58,289 bases of DNA from Candidatus Zixiibacteriota bacterium. Its GTDB lineage: Bacteria; Zixibacteria; MSB-5A5; UBA10806; 4484-95. The position numbers and the translations under genes are program-made. Each line of letters begins with the position of its first letter. Position 1 is the stretch's first letter. The stretch lies in contig JAOZPT010000010.1 in NCBI GenBank assembly GCA_029932605.1, positions 1-58,289 of the forward strand, given 5' to 3'. Below, piece by piece: positions 49,717-58,289 of the stretch. The notes under the pieces are model-generated. The model saw only the letters and a program-made list of their open reading frames with translations. It did not search any database and had not been told where the DNA came from.

Positions 49717-51069
49717 ATGGATTCAAAAATATTAATTGTTGATGATGATTCCCTGGTTAGAGAATTTATCGTTGAGACATTAGAGCGTAAAGGTTATTAT
49801 GTAGACCAGGCGGATTCCGGTGAACAGGCGATAGAGATGATTGGTCATGCCGAATATGACCTTGTCATAACTGATTTAAAAATGCGCCAGCTAAGCGGCA
49901 TGGACGTTCTTAAAGAGGTGCTTGAGGTTCAACCCGACTGCCGGGTGATGGTTATCACCGCTTTTGGCACAATTGAAAATGCCGTCGAGGCAATGAAAAT
50001 AGGTGCCTGCGATTATATTACGAAACCCTTCACTGCTGACGAGCTTGAGATACTTGTTGAGCGCGCCCTTGATTATAAGAGACTAAAAGAGGAAAATCTG
50101 TATTTAAGAAAGGAATTGGTGGGAAGTTATTCATTTGACAACCTAATAGGAAGGTCCCCATCAATGATGAAGATATTCGAGCTTGTCAAAAATATTGCCG
50201 CTTCTCCTTCCACAGTTTTAATAAGCGGAGAGACCGGCACAGGCAAGGAGTTGGTAGCCAGGGCTATTCATTACAATTCGAACAGAGCAAAAGAGCCGTT
50301 TGTTAAAATGAATTGTGCAGCCCTTCCCGAGGGGCTTATTGAATCAGAGCTATTTGGGCATGAGAAAGGAGCTTTTACCGGAGCTATTAAAACCACCAAG
50401 GGACGTTTTGAGCAAGCTAACAATGGAACCCTTCTTTTGGATGAGATATCGGAGATACCCTTAAGCACACAGGCGAAGCTTTTGAGGGTTATTCAGGAAC
50501 GCGAACTTGAAAGACTCGGCTCGGGGCAGACGATACCTCTTAATGTGCGACTTATCGCTACCTCAAATCATGACCTTAAAACCGAGGTTAAAAAAGGTAA
50601 GTTCCGCGACGACCTTTATTTCAGGCTCCAGGTGATTCCTATCGATTTACCACCCCTGAGGGAACGCCTTGAGGATATCCCCCTTTTATGCGATTATTTT
50701 TTACAGAAATATTGCCAACGTGAGGGCGTTCCCCTGAAAACGCTCTCGGAGAAAGTAAAAAAGTTATTCATGAGTTACAATTGGCCGGGTAATATCAGGG
50801 AACTGGAAAATTACATCGAGAGAGCAGTAGTAATATCCAAATCTTCGGAGTTGAGAGTTTCAGATTTCCCGATTGAAATAGCTGTTGGCTCATCCGGACT
50901 GGCCAGTGTCGATACTGATGTCGGACAGACTATTGCTGAAATGGAAAAACGGTTAATAATAAAAACGCTTGAGGCAAATAACTGGAACAAAGCCAGAACC
51001 GCTGAAATTTTAGGTGTCACAACCCGCACCTTGAGAAACAAGCTTAACGAGTATCGCTGTCAGGAATAG
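49717..51069 (+). CDS. sigma54-dependent response regulator (NtrC/FleR/AtoC family)
   Basis: REC, GETGTGKE, ESELFGHEKGAFTGA, LLLDEI, WPGNIRELEN, Fis-type HTH. Confidence 0.95.
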   Translation: MDSKILIVDDDSLVREFIVETLERKGYYVDQADSGEQAIEMIGHAEYDLVITDLKMRQLSGMDVLKEVLEVQPDCRVMVITAFGTIENAVEAMKIGACDYITKPFTADELEILVERALDYKRLKEENLYLRKELVGSYSFDNLIGRSPSMMKIFELVKNIAASPSTVLISGETGTGKELVARAIHYNSNRAKEPFVKMNCAALPEGLIESELFGHEKGAFTGAIKTTKGRFEQANNGTLLLDEISEIPLSTQAKLLRVIQERELERLGSGQTIPLNVRLIATSNHDLKTEVKKGKFRDDLYFRLQVIPIDLPPLRERLEDIPLLCDYFLQKYCQREGVPLKTLSEKVKKLFMSYNWPGNIRELENYIERAVVISKSSELRVSDFPIEIAVGSSGLASVDTDVGQTIAEMEKRLIIKTLEANNWNKARTAEILGVTTRTLRNKLNEYRCQE

Positions 51070-51165
51070 AAAGTGCTATCAAGACTATAAGAGTCTTGGC
51101 CAGTATGCTTTTCCTCACTTTTTTTTGAATTATTCACCAAGTATTCTATTGCTTATCGGTTTCTA

Positions 51166-51194
51166 TTGACACCGGCTATCTTTTATGTTAAAAT
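51166..51194 (+). promoter_or_regulatory. sigma70-type promoter with extended -10
   Basis: TTGACA (51166-51171), 17 bp, TGn-TAAAAT (51189-51194). Confidence 0.7.
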
Positions 51195-51272
51195 AACAAA
51201 AAAAGTATATGATATGATGTTGTTGTGCCTGTAGTTGAATGCTTAAAATGGTAAGCTGGAGGTAATGAGAGT

Positions 51273-52604
51273 ATGGAAGCATTAATCATTGCCGCGGGTG
51301 AAGGTAGTCGTTTAAGTAACGTTTTTTCTCCCAAACCGCTTATTCCTATTTTTGGTCTTCGTCTTATTGAACGAATTATAATGGTTGGAAAACGTGCGGG
51401 CATAAGGGATTTCAAAATTGTTGTAGGATATAAATCGACGAAGATTAAACAAACCATTGGCAATGGTAGAAAATATGGCGTTAATATAACTTATATTGAA
51501 AACCCTGAATGGAAAAAGGGAAATGGTGTATCTGTTCTGAAAGCGAAAGATCATTTTCACGGCAAATTTTTACTCCTAATGTCAGACCATCTATGTGATG
51601 AGGTTATGATAAAAAAACTTCTCTCAACGGACATTGGTTTCAACCGATGCAAGTTATGTATTGATAATAACTTAACGGGGGAACATTTTAGTATAGATGA
51701 TGTGACCAAAATCTATTATGAAGCCGATAAAGTGAAATACATCGGCAAATCATTGGATAATTTCAACGCCATTGATACTGGTGTATTCCTTTGTACTCCA
51801 GCTATTTTTGAAGCACTCGAGAAAAGCATCAAGCAGGGAGAATATAGTCTTTCTGCGGGAAATCAGATATTAGCCGAACAAGGAAAACTTGAAACAGTTG
51901 ATGCAACAGGTTGTTTTTGGATAGATATTGATAATGAGGAAGCTTTACAAAAAGCTCAAGATCTATTGATTAAACAACTTTTTAAACCAACAGATGGCCT
52001 TATCTCAAAAGTTATCAATAGAAAAATTTCCACCAGAATTTCAACCTACCTTGCTCGGTACAATATTTCACCGAATTTGATTACATTGGCTAGTTTTATC
52101 ATGTCAGTACTCTCCGCCATATTTTTCTTTTTCGGAGGATATGTGAATATTCTTTCGGGAGGAATAATGGCGCAGTTTTCGTCGATACTGGATGGTTGTG
52201 ATGGTGAAGTTGCCCGTTTAAAATTTAGATTCTGTGTTTTCGGAGAATGGCTTGATAGGGTATTAGATCGGTATGCGGATGGACTTATAATTTTGGGTAT
52301 GACCCACGCACTCTGGTTATCTTCAGGTGACGAATTTGTCTGGCTTCTTGGATTTTTGGCGTTAATTGGTACCTATATGAACAGCTATACTGCCAGAATT
52401 TATGATGATTTATTGAAAAAGAAATTCGTAAATAAAAACTCATTCCGCATAGGTCGTGATTTGCGTTTATTCATCATTTTTCTTGGCTCGTTATTCAATG
52501 AAATTTTGGTTGCACTTATAATTGTTTTTGTAATTACCAATATTGAATCAATACGAAGGATATTTATTTTAAGAAATGTGCACAGAATTAGATCAACATA
52601 TTAA
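51273..52604 (+). CDS. Bifunctional nucleotidyltransferase / CDP-alcohol phosphotransferase (IPCT/DIPPS-like)
   Basis: AAGEGSRL..PKPL, KGNGVS, LLMSDH, DTGVF, WIDID; then KPTDGLIS..INRKIS, SPNLIT, DGCDGEVAR...GEWLDRVLDRYAD. Confidence 0.9.
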   Translation: MEALIIAAGEGSRLSNVFSPKPLIPIFGLRLIERIIMVGKRAGIRDFKIVVGYKSTKIKQTIGNGRKYGVNITYIENPEWKKGNGVSVLKAKDHFHGKFLLLMSDHLCDEVMIKKLLSTDIGFNRCKLCIDNNLTGEHFSIDDVTKIYYEADKVKYIGKSLDNFNAIDTGVFLCTPAIFEALEKSIKQGEYSLSAGNQILAEQGKLETVDATGCFWIDIDNEEALQKAQDLLIKQLFKPTDGLISKVINRKISTRISTYLARYNISPNLITLASFIMSVLSAIFFFFGGYVNILSGGIMAQFSSILDGCDGEVARLKFRFCVFGEWLDRVLDRYADGLIILGMTHALWLSSGDEFVWLLGFLALIGTYMNSYTARIYDDLLKKKFVNKNSFRIGRDLRLFIIFLGSLFNEILVALIIVFVITNIESIRRIFILRNVHRIRSTY

Positions 52605-53145
52605 AAATAAAATACTGCTGATTTTAAAAAAATCACCCATTCCAGAGGATTATGAACATGCCCTCAATGTTTTGAAATGGGTGGAGAACTTAAAACCTGA
52701 TTCAGATATCGCTTTGCAAGTTGCTGCCTTAGGCCACGATATAGAACGTGCTTTACCTGTAGAAAAAGTCAAACGGGTCGATTTTGCGTCGTATGATGAT
52801 TTTAAGAGAGCACATTCAGAAAACAGCGCTAGAATTATGCAGAAGTTGTTGTCTGAATATCCTATTCCAAGAAACATTATCGAAAAAGTGGTATATTTGA
52901 TTACTTATCATGAAATTGGCAAAGATGGAGATTTAGATTTAAATATATTGAAGGATGCAGACAGTCTTTCGTTTTTTGAAGTTAATTTGCCCCATTATTT
53001 CAATCGGGAAGGCCTAAGAGAGACATACTCTCGGATGCTATGGGGCTATCGACGGTTGTCTGAAGGGGCTAAAGTTTATTTAAAGAATTTTCATTACAAT
53101 AAAGATATTTTAAACAGGTTTTTAAAAATGGTTAGATCTAAATAA
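52576..53145 (+). CDS. HD-fold protein (DUF4202-like)
   Basis: EHALNV, AALGHDIER, AHSENSA, YHE, LKDADSLSFF; GTG start overlaps the upstream gene. Confidence 0.8.
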   Translation: MCTELDQHIKNKILLILKKSPIPEDYEHALNVLKWVENLKPDSDIALQVAALGHDIERALPVEKVKRVDFASYDDFKRAHSENSARIMQKLLSEYPIPRNIIEKVVYLITYHEIGKDGDLDLNILKDADSLSFFEVNLPHYFNREGLRETYSRMLWGYRRLSEGAKVYLKNFHYNKDILNRFLKMVRSK

Positions 53146-53516
53146 TTATGAACCATTGTTGTTTTTATGTTAGAAGAAAAAGAGATGAACAACTTGGTCC
53201 GTTTAATATAAGTATTATATACATCCCCGAAATAACGTGTACTAGCCGCTAGGCGCTGTTGAAAATCCCGCTCTTTTAAAACGACATGCGTAATCAGTCA
53301 CTCATTTGTATTCTAAGTACGAATATTTATTTTACGCAGGCAAAAAGTGCCCAATAGTATTCTTGAAAGCCGAATTAAGTCCTAAAATAGAGTATATGGC
53401 GTAAAAAAGTCGCAAAAAACGGCTTGCGATTGAATATCTTGCTAAAATTCCAATCACCAATATCATTCGGACTTACAAAAACTCGAAATGAAACTTTTTC
53501 AGTGGCAACTAATTTA

Positions 53517-53589
53517 AGCCGGAGATGGGATTTGAACCCACTACCTGCTGATTACGAATCAGCTGCTCTACCAGCTGAGCTACTCCGGC
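53517..53589 (-). tRNA. tRNA-Thr(CGT), CCA not encoded
   Basis: GCCGGAGTAGCTCAGCTGGTAGAGCAGCTGATTCGTAATCAGCAGGTAGTGGGTTCAAATCCCATCTCCGGCT. Confidence 0.97.
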
Positions 53590-53605
53590 AAAAATTTTAT
53601 TCAGT

Positions 53606-54133
53606 TTAAATGACTTTTTGATAAGATAAAGTTTTTTTAGTCTCCTTAATTATTTTATTAAGGTTCGCTAATATAAAAACAGTTAATGGAATAAAACTAA
53701 AGGTCATAATAATTATCAATACCAAAGCTATCTTACTCATGGTTTCGGTTTTTGCTCCATATATAATCGAATACTGGATTGTCAGAAAAAGGAGGTTAAT
53801 CATTAAACATATTACCAATGACATCTTCGACAAATACTTATAGATAGGTTTTTTATTTTCCTCGGGCCAATTTTTAATTTCATTTTTCTGGGGAAAGTTG
53901 AATAATTTTGGATATCTTATAATCCAGATAAAAATAACAACCATAACAACCTGTATAGTGGGCATCATGTAAAATATCAGCGGGGTTTTATCACTCCATC
54001 TGTCTGGCTTTCCATTTAGGCCAAAATGGGTCGGAATACGCTCAGGCAATTCGTTAAAGGCGACAACGGAGACCATCCAAGCAAACAATACAATGGTGAT
54101 GTTTAACCATATCAAGGTTTTATTAGCTTCCAT
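53606..54133 (-). CDS. DUF1648 (SdpI-like) membrane protein
   Basis: LPERIPTHFGLNGKPDRW, four TM helices. Confidence 0.85.
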   Translation of the reverse strand: MEANKTLIWLNITIVLFAWMVSVVAFNELPERIPTHFGLNGKPDRWSDKTPLIFYMMPTIQVVMVVIFIWIIRYPKLFNFPQKNEIKNWPEENKKPIYKYLSKMSLVICLMINLLFLTIQYSIIYGAKTETMSKIALVLIIIMTFSFIPLTVFILANLNKIIKETKKTLSYQKVI

Positions 54134-54156
54134 GATACCCTGCTTAATTAAAGCAA

Positions 54157-55506
54157 TTAAAATTCCGTTTTACCAGAGAAATTAAATCTTTTTATCAATA
54201 TCGTCGGAGCGCTACAACATCCTATATCCTTCCACCAGTTTTTAACCAGCTGTGTCTCTTTAGAGATGCCGCCTATTCGGGAAAAGGCTTTTGTCACCGA
54301 TTCGGTAAATCGGAGGTTTTTTACCGGGCCAATAATCTTGCCGTTTTTAATCCTAAAAGTGCCATCTCTGGTCATACCTGTCATCATCGCTTTAGTAGTA
54401 TTCAGCAAGCCATTGATGTAGAAAAATCTGGTTACCAAAATTCCATTTTTGACACTGGCAATTAACGACGATTTCGATTTCTTTCCCGGCGCTATAAAGA
54501 TATTGCTTGCCATAGGTCCTCCACTAAAACCTGGCGGCATACAGTGGCCCGTAGAACGGGTTTTAGCTTTGGCAGCGTAAATAGTATCATAAACCGGCCT
54601 ACCGGCAATACCCTTTTTCACAAAATAAACCCTCTTTTTAGGTACTCCCTCAAAATCAAATGGAAATGCCAATCCGGAGCTATCCGAGCCATCATCATAA
54701 ATGGTCATCTCCGATCCCATTACTTTTTTGCCAAGCTTATTTGACAAGAAACTGGTTTTTTCAAGGTACGGTTTAGCTCCGAAAGCAATGCTGGAAAGCC
54801 AATCTATTATAGAAGATACAGCCACCGGTTCAAGTATTACATCATACCTGCCCGGCTCAATATCTACAGGATTTCTGCCATCCAGGCATTTCTTAAACGC
54901 AGTTTCAGTCAATGAAGCAAATGGGATTTTGACCACCCGACGAGACAATGCTTCCGCATAACCCGAAGATGTATCTGTCATAGCAATTAGGTTGATATAT
55001 GCTGTTGTCAATGGCTGGTATAGGGCGAGGCCGTTTGAATTTACAACAGCTATTTCTGAAGATGAGGTTGAAAATGCACCAGCCATTGTAATACCATATT
55101 TCTCTGCCTGACGGCATATTTTCCTGATGACTTCAGCCCGCTGCCTTGGTGAATAAATAGCAGTAGGCTCAAAAAATGTTTTGGTTTTTTTATCCTTACA
55201 CGACATCGGTAAACCCTTGAAATCGGGATTGGGCCGTTGGTGCTGGGCTATTTTAAAGGAGTTTACCAACCCCCGATAAAGGTCATCCTTGTTAAAAGAA
55301 TTCGTAGAAGTAACCCCTATTCTGCTATTGGTCACAGTCCTGAAAATAACCTTTGTATTATTTTCAGTTAAGTTCTGGTGAATATATGAATTGGCGTATC
55401 TAGTTAACCCTAAAGTGCCTCCGATAAAAACAGCCTCGGTATGCTCAGCTGGCGATTTCTTTATAACAGCCCTCAAGGTTGTTAGTATCCTGTTTTCACC
55501 TATCAT
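54157..55506 (-). CDS. tldE: TldE/PmbA family protein
   Basis: TRYANSYIHQN, YDVILEP, PFDFEGVP, TGMTRDG, PVKNLRF; no HExxGH; coupled to tldD. Confidence 0.88.
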   Translation of the reverse strand: MIGENRILTTLRAVIKKSPAEHTEAVFIGGTLGLTRYANSYIHQNLTENNTKVIFRTVTNSRIGVTSTNSFNKDDLYRGLVNSFKIAQHQRPNPDFKGLPMSCKDKKTKTFFEPTAIYSPRQRAEVIRKICRQAEKYGITMAGAFSTSSSEIAVVNSNGLALYQPLTTAYINLIAMTDTSSGYAEALSRRVVKIPFASLTETAFKKCLDGRNPVDIEPGRYDVILEPVAVSSIIDWLSSIAFGAKPYLEKTSFLSNKLGKKVMGSEMTIYDDGSDSSGLAFPFDFEGVPKKRVYFVKKGIAGRPVYDTIYAAKAKTRSTGHCMPPGFSGGPMASNIFIAPGKKSKSSLIASVKNGILVTRFFYINGLLNTTKAMMTGMTRDGTFRIKNGKIIGPVKNLRFTESVTKAFSRIGGISKETQLVKNWWKDIGCCSAPTILIKRFNFSGKTEF

Positions 55507-56945
55507 TTTCTCACCCCCACACTAATGTTTCTAAACCGGCAGGGTGAGGCACCATGCGCAACATGAGCTGTTTGCATCGGCTCTCCCTTACCACACGACG
55601 GAATCCCCCATATATGCCAATGATTCATGTTGCAGATGGCATCACATGAATTCCAGAACTGTGGAGTAATACCTGTGTAAATCGGATTTTTATACATCTG
55701 CACTTTTTTACCGTTTTTTATTTGCCAGGCAACCTCGGTGCCAAACTGGAAATTAAGCCTTCTATCATCAATAGACCAGGTTTTGTTAGTATCAAAAAGA
55801 ATACCATCTTTTGTATCAGCGATTAAATCATCATATTCCCACTCACCCGGCTCAAGGTTGATATTGGTCATTCGTATAAGCGGAATCTTGCTCCAGCCAT
55901 CAGCTCTCATACAACCGTTAGAGACAGCATTGATAAGCGGAGCTGTCTCTCTGGAGGTGAGATAACCAACAAGCACTCCCTCTTTTATTATATTCGTACG
56001 GCAAGCCTTAACGCCCTCATCATCATAACCAAATGTGCCCAAGCCACCCTTTATAGTGGAATCGGCAACTATGTTGACAATGGGTGAACCATATTTAAAC
56101 CTGCCAAGCTTATCCAGTGTCATAAAAGAGCCACCGGCTAAAGATATCTCTGTACCTAAAACCCTATCCAATTCGGATGGATGACCACATGACTCATGAA
56201 TCTGTAAAGCCATCTGCGAACCCGTAATTATAATGGTTGTTTCTGTCGCCGGGCAGACCGGTGCTTTTAACAAAGCCACCGCTTCATCAGCAACCCGCTC
56301 CGCATTTTCAATCAGCCCCATCTGCCTTATAAATTCATAACCGGCGCAGGCAAAATCTCCCCGGTGAGAACTGGGATATGTACGTCGCTGGCTTTCTGTT
56401 CCCGAAACAGCGGTAGCCATATAGCCTCCACCCGACTCGATTATATCCTGCTCGATAAAAGCACCTTCAGTAGAGCAAAAAAACTTCTTTATACGATAAA
56501 AATCCAGGCTGGCTTCGGCAGTCTTAATCATCCTTTTTGCATGTAAAATTTCCGTTACCTTCAGAAGCAAGTCGATCTTTTCATCAAGTGGCACGGCAAA
56601 GGGGTCTTCTTTATATTTTGTGCTGTATTTATCTATGTATGGTTTCACCCTGGCTAAACGAACCTTATTTTTGACCGTCATAGCCGAGGTTTTGGCAATC
56701 TTGATAGCAAGGTTTGCGGTTTTTATAAGCTCTCCATCGGATAATTCGCTGGTGGCGGCAAAACCCCAACCGCCATCAACAATAACCCGTATTCCAACAC
56801 CACTGTCCTCATCCTGGGAAACGGATTCAACAATCCGGTCCTTGACATTTATTGATTGATGCGTAGTACTAACATACCTGATATCACCGTAAGCTACTTT
56901 TTTGGATTTTAAATGATGAATAACACTTTTGAGCTTATCCCGCAA
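55503..56945 (-). CDS. tldD: TldD metalloprotease
   Basis: GVGIRV..GGWGFA, IHESCGHPSELD, YDDEG, PLIRMTN, CGKGEPMQ; TTG start with GGAGG SD. Confidence 0.93.
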   Translation of the reverse strand: MRDKLKSVIHHLKSKKVAYGDIRYVSTTHQSINVKDRIVESVSQDEDSGVGIRVIVDGGWGFAATSELSDGELIKTANLAIKIAKTSAMTVKNKVRLARVKPYIDKYSTKYKEDPFAVPLDEKIDLLLKVTEILHAKRMIKTAEASLDFYRIKKFFCSTEGAFIEQDIIESGGGYMATAVSGTESQRRTYPSSHRGDFACAGYEFIRQMGLIENAERVADEAVALLKAPVCPATETTIIITGSQMALQIHESCGHPSELDRVLGTEISLAGGSFMTLDKLGRFKYGSPIVNIVADSTIKGGLGTFGYDDEGVKACRTNIIKEGVLVGYLTSRETAPLINAVSNGCMRADGWSKIPLIRMTNINLEPGEWEYDDLIADTKDGILFDTNKTWSIDDRRLNFQFGTEVAWQIKNGKKVQMYKNPIYTGITPQFWNSCDAICNMNHWHIWGIPSCGKGEPMQTAHVAHGASPCRFRNISVGVRK

Positions 56946-56965
56946 GATCAGACCTCCGCTTTTAA

Positions 56966-56997
56966 GACAATTTATAACTGGCAGATAAAATTGTCAA
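56966..56997 (-). promoter_or_regulatory. tldD promoter overlapped by an 8-bp inverted repeat
   Basis: Minus strand TTGACA, 17 bp, TAAATT; plus strand GACAATTT-N14-AAATTGTC (56966-56995). Confidence 0.55.
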
Positions 56998-57040
56998 GAT
57001 GTGATAAATTTATTATAGACAGATAAAGGCAAAAAATACA

Positions 57041-57069
57041 TTGACACACTATAAAGTTGAGATTAAGTT
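57041..57069 (+). promoter_or_regulatory. sigma70-type promoter
   Basis: TTGACA, 17 bp, TAAGTT, upstream of ATG 57109. Confidence 0.5.
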
Positions 57070-57108
57070 CTTTAATAAGAAGAGAATAAAAAACATAAAG
57101 GGGTTATT

Positions 57109-58289
57109 ATGAAGCGGTTGATACTTACCATAACAGGGGTATTGATCCTAATATCTTCAGTATTCTGCCAGGTTGATACCCTGATGCTGTTGGAGATAAA
57201 TGACTTTGAAATTGTCGATGATATCACTAATTTGTTCATTGAGGATTTAAACGGCGACAGCATAAAAGAATTAATCATCTGTACATATCACTTCATTTAT
57301 ATATACAACAGCTCAAACAACGATTTGCTATGGACAAGTCCCCCCTTGTTAAATCCAGAGGATTTGTTGTTTGAGGATATAAACCATGACGGCTTGCTGG
57401 ATTTATCTGTTAAGGATAGCCTTAATATCTACCTTTTCGACCCTCATAACTATAACACAATCTGGACAAGCCCGGCTCTGGACAGCACATATAAATGTTA
57501 TACACTTGGTGATAGAAACGATGATGGCTGGATGGATGTGGCGATTGTAAGTAAAGAGCCGTTTGTTAGGATTTATGATCCTTATAATCTTGATACGGTC
57601 TGGGTTTATTTATATGATGGGCCTTACTTTGAACAGCAAAGTAATTTTACAATCCTTATGCCAAATTACACATTTGATGGGATTAATGGTATTTATACAG
57701 ATACTCCAAACAATGTTGTAATTAATAAAATCTCAGACGAAATCGGATTGCAAACTAAAATCATTATTTTTTCTTACGTTTCCGAACATGAACATATTCA
57801 TGGTACAACGTTCTACTATTTGTACTCAGGAAATACATGGATTATTGATCCACTCAATTTCTATAATATTTGTATAGATAATACAGGCCGTTTATTATTT
57901 TATAATTTTTTAATGTTTAATGAATCCATTTATCTATTCACTCTTTGCCATTGGTCATATCAAGACTTAATTCTTTGGCCTGAACAATGGTCATTTAAAA
58001 AATATTTAAATTATTTATCCGCTGATTCTTTAATTAATTCGCAAATCTTATGGCAAATTGAAAATGTTGAATATGAGAATAACTGGGAAGGATATGTAAT
58101 AGGTGAAATTAGTAATATTTCTCAAATTGATGAAATCTGCTTCGGCGCACAGGATTCTCTTTACCTTTACTCTTTTCCCGAATTGGACAATATCTGGATT
58201 ACTACAGGCATAATAAATCTGAAATCAGTTCAATTTATAATTTCTGCATCTCTATTTGATAATCCTCAAGTTATATGTAGTATAGCTGA
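57109..58289 (+). CDS. Secreted FG-GAP/VCBS-repeat protein (partial, runs off the window)
   Basis: Not in the ORF track. MKRLILTITGVLILISSVFC signal peptide; EDLNGDSIKELII, EDINHDGLLDL, GDRNDDGWMDVAI; repeated WTSP; frame open to 58289. Confidence 0.85.
   Translation, partial: MKRLILTITGVLILISSVFCQVDTLMLLEINDFEIVDDITNLFIEDLNGDSIKELIICTYHFIYIYNSSNNDLLWTSPPLLNPEDLLFEDINHDGLLDLSVKDSLNIYLFDPHNYNTIWTSPALDSTYKCYTLGDRNDDGWMDVAIVSKEPFVRIYDPYNLDTVWVYLYDGPYFEQQSNFTILMPNYTFDGINGIYTDTPNNVVINKISDEIGLQTKIIIFSYVSEHEHIHGTTFYYLYSGNTWIIDPLNFYNICIDNTGRLLFYNFLMFNESIYLFTLCHWSYQDLILWPEQWSFKKYLNYLSADSLINSQILWQIENVEYENNWEGYVIGEISNISQIDEICFGAQDSLYLYSFPELDNIWITTGIINLKSVQFIISASLFDNPQVICSIA

Noticed and set aside
51080..51126. 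Hairpin CAAGACT-N5-AGTCTTG as terminator of the sigma54 regulator
   Set aside because: The T tract is about 20 nt from the stem, so it is not a convincing intrinsic terminator.
40199..53516. A single genomic island bounded by the two convergent tRNAs
   Set aside because: No duplicated tRNA 3' end found by eye and no intact mobility gene; cannot be supported without comparative genomes.
53424..53609. 61-aa ORF in the track
   Set aside because: Antisense to tRNA-Thr; a typical spurious tRNA-overlapping ORF.
1..58289. CRISPR array, rRNA, riboswitch, retron or DGR
   Set aside because: No regularly spaced repeats, reverse transcriptase, cas genes or recognisable structured RNA other than two tRNAs; a covariance-model search was not possible.

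Overview
Bacterial chromosomal window, probably an FCB-group organism such as a Zixibacteria-like lineage (inferred from T9SS-type C-terminal domains, a PorV-like barrel and a dockerin-like tail). Left to right: (1) a minus-strand complex I operon, nuoA-M, with nuoM running off the window, a sigma70 promoter and a Rex/CRP-type palindrome; (2) mtaB, a PAP2-type membrane enzyme, a REP-like palindrome and a truncated T9SS-CTD gene; (3) a ~24 kb minus-strand cell-surface locus: DUF362, TPR lipoprotein, Ig-like lipoprotein, a 1960-aa repeat protein with a CTD-like tail, PorV-TPR, then a signalling/exopolysaccharide cluster; (4) excisionase and integrase remnants running into tRNA-Leu(TAA), followed by TPR, VanZ-Mth938 fusion and secreted deiminase-dockerin genes; (5) a second partner-switching and sigma54 two-component cluster; (6) bifunctional IPCT/DIPPS with an overlapping HD-domain gene, tRNA-Thr(CGT), DUF1648, tldE, tldD and a partial FG-GAP protein. 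The best candidate for an undescribed system is the signalling cluster in (3). A membrane-bound kinase-sensor-HAMP-PP2C hybrid and its STAS substrate both carry IS481-transposase-like HTH modules, flank an orphan ParA, and lie directly upstream of a diguanylate cyclase and polysaccharide export genes whose priming transferase has a sigma54 promoter. All calls come from motif recognition by eye; no database searches were run.
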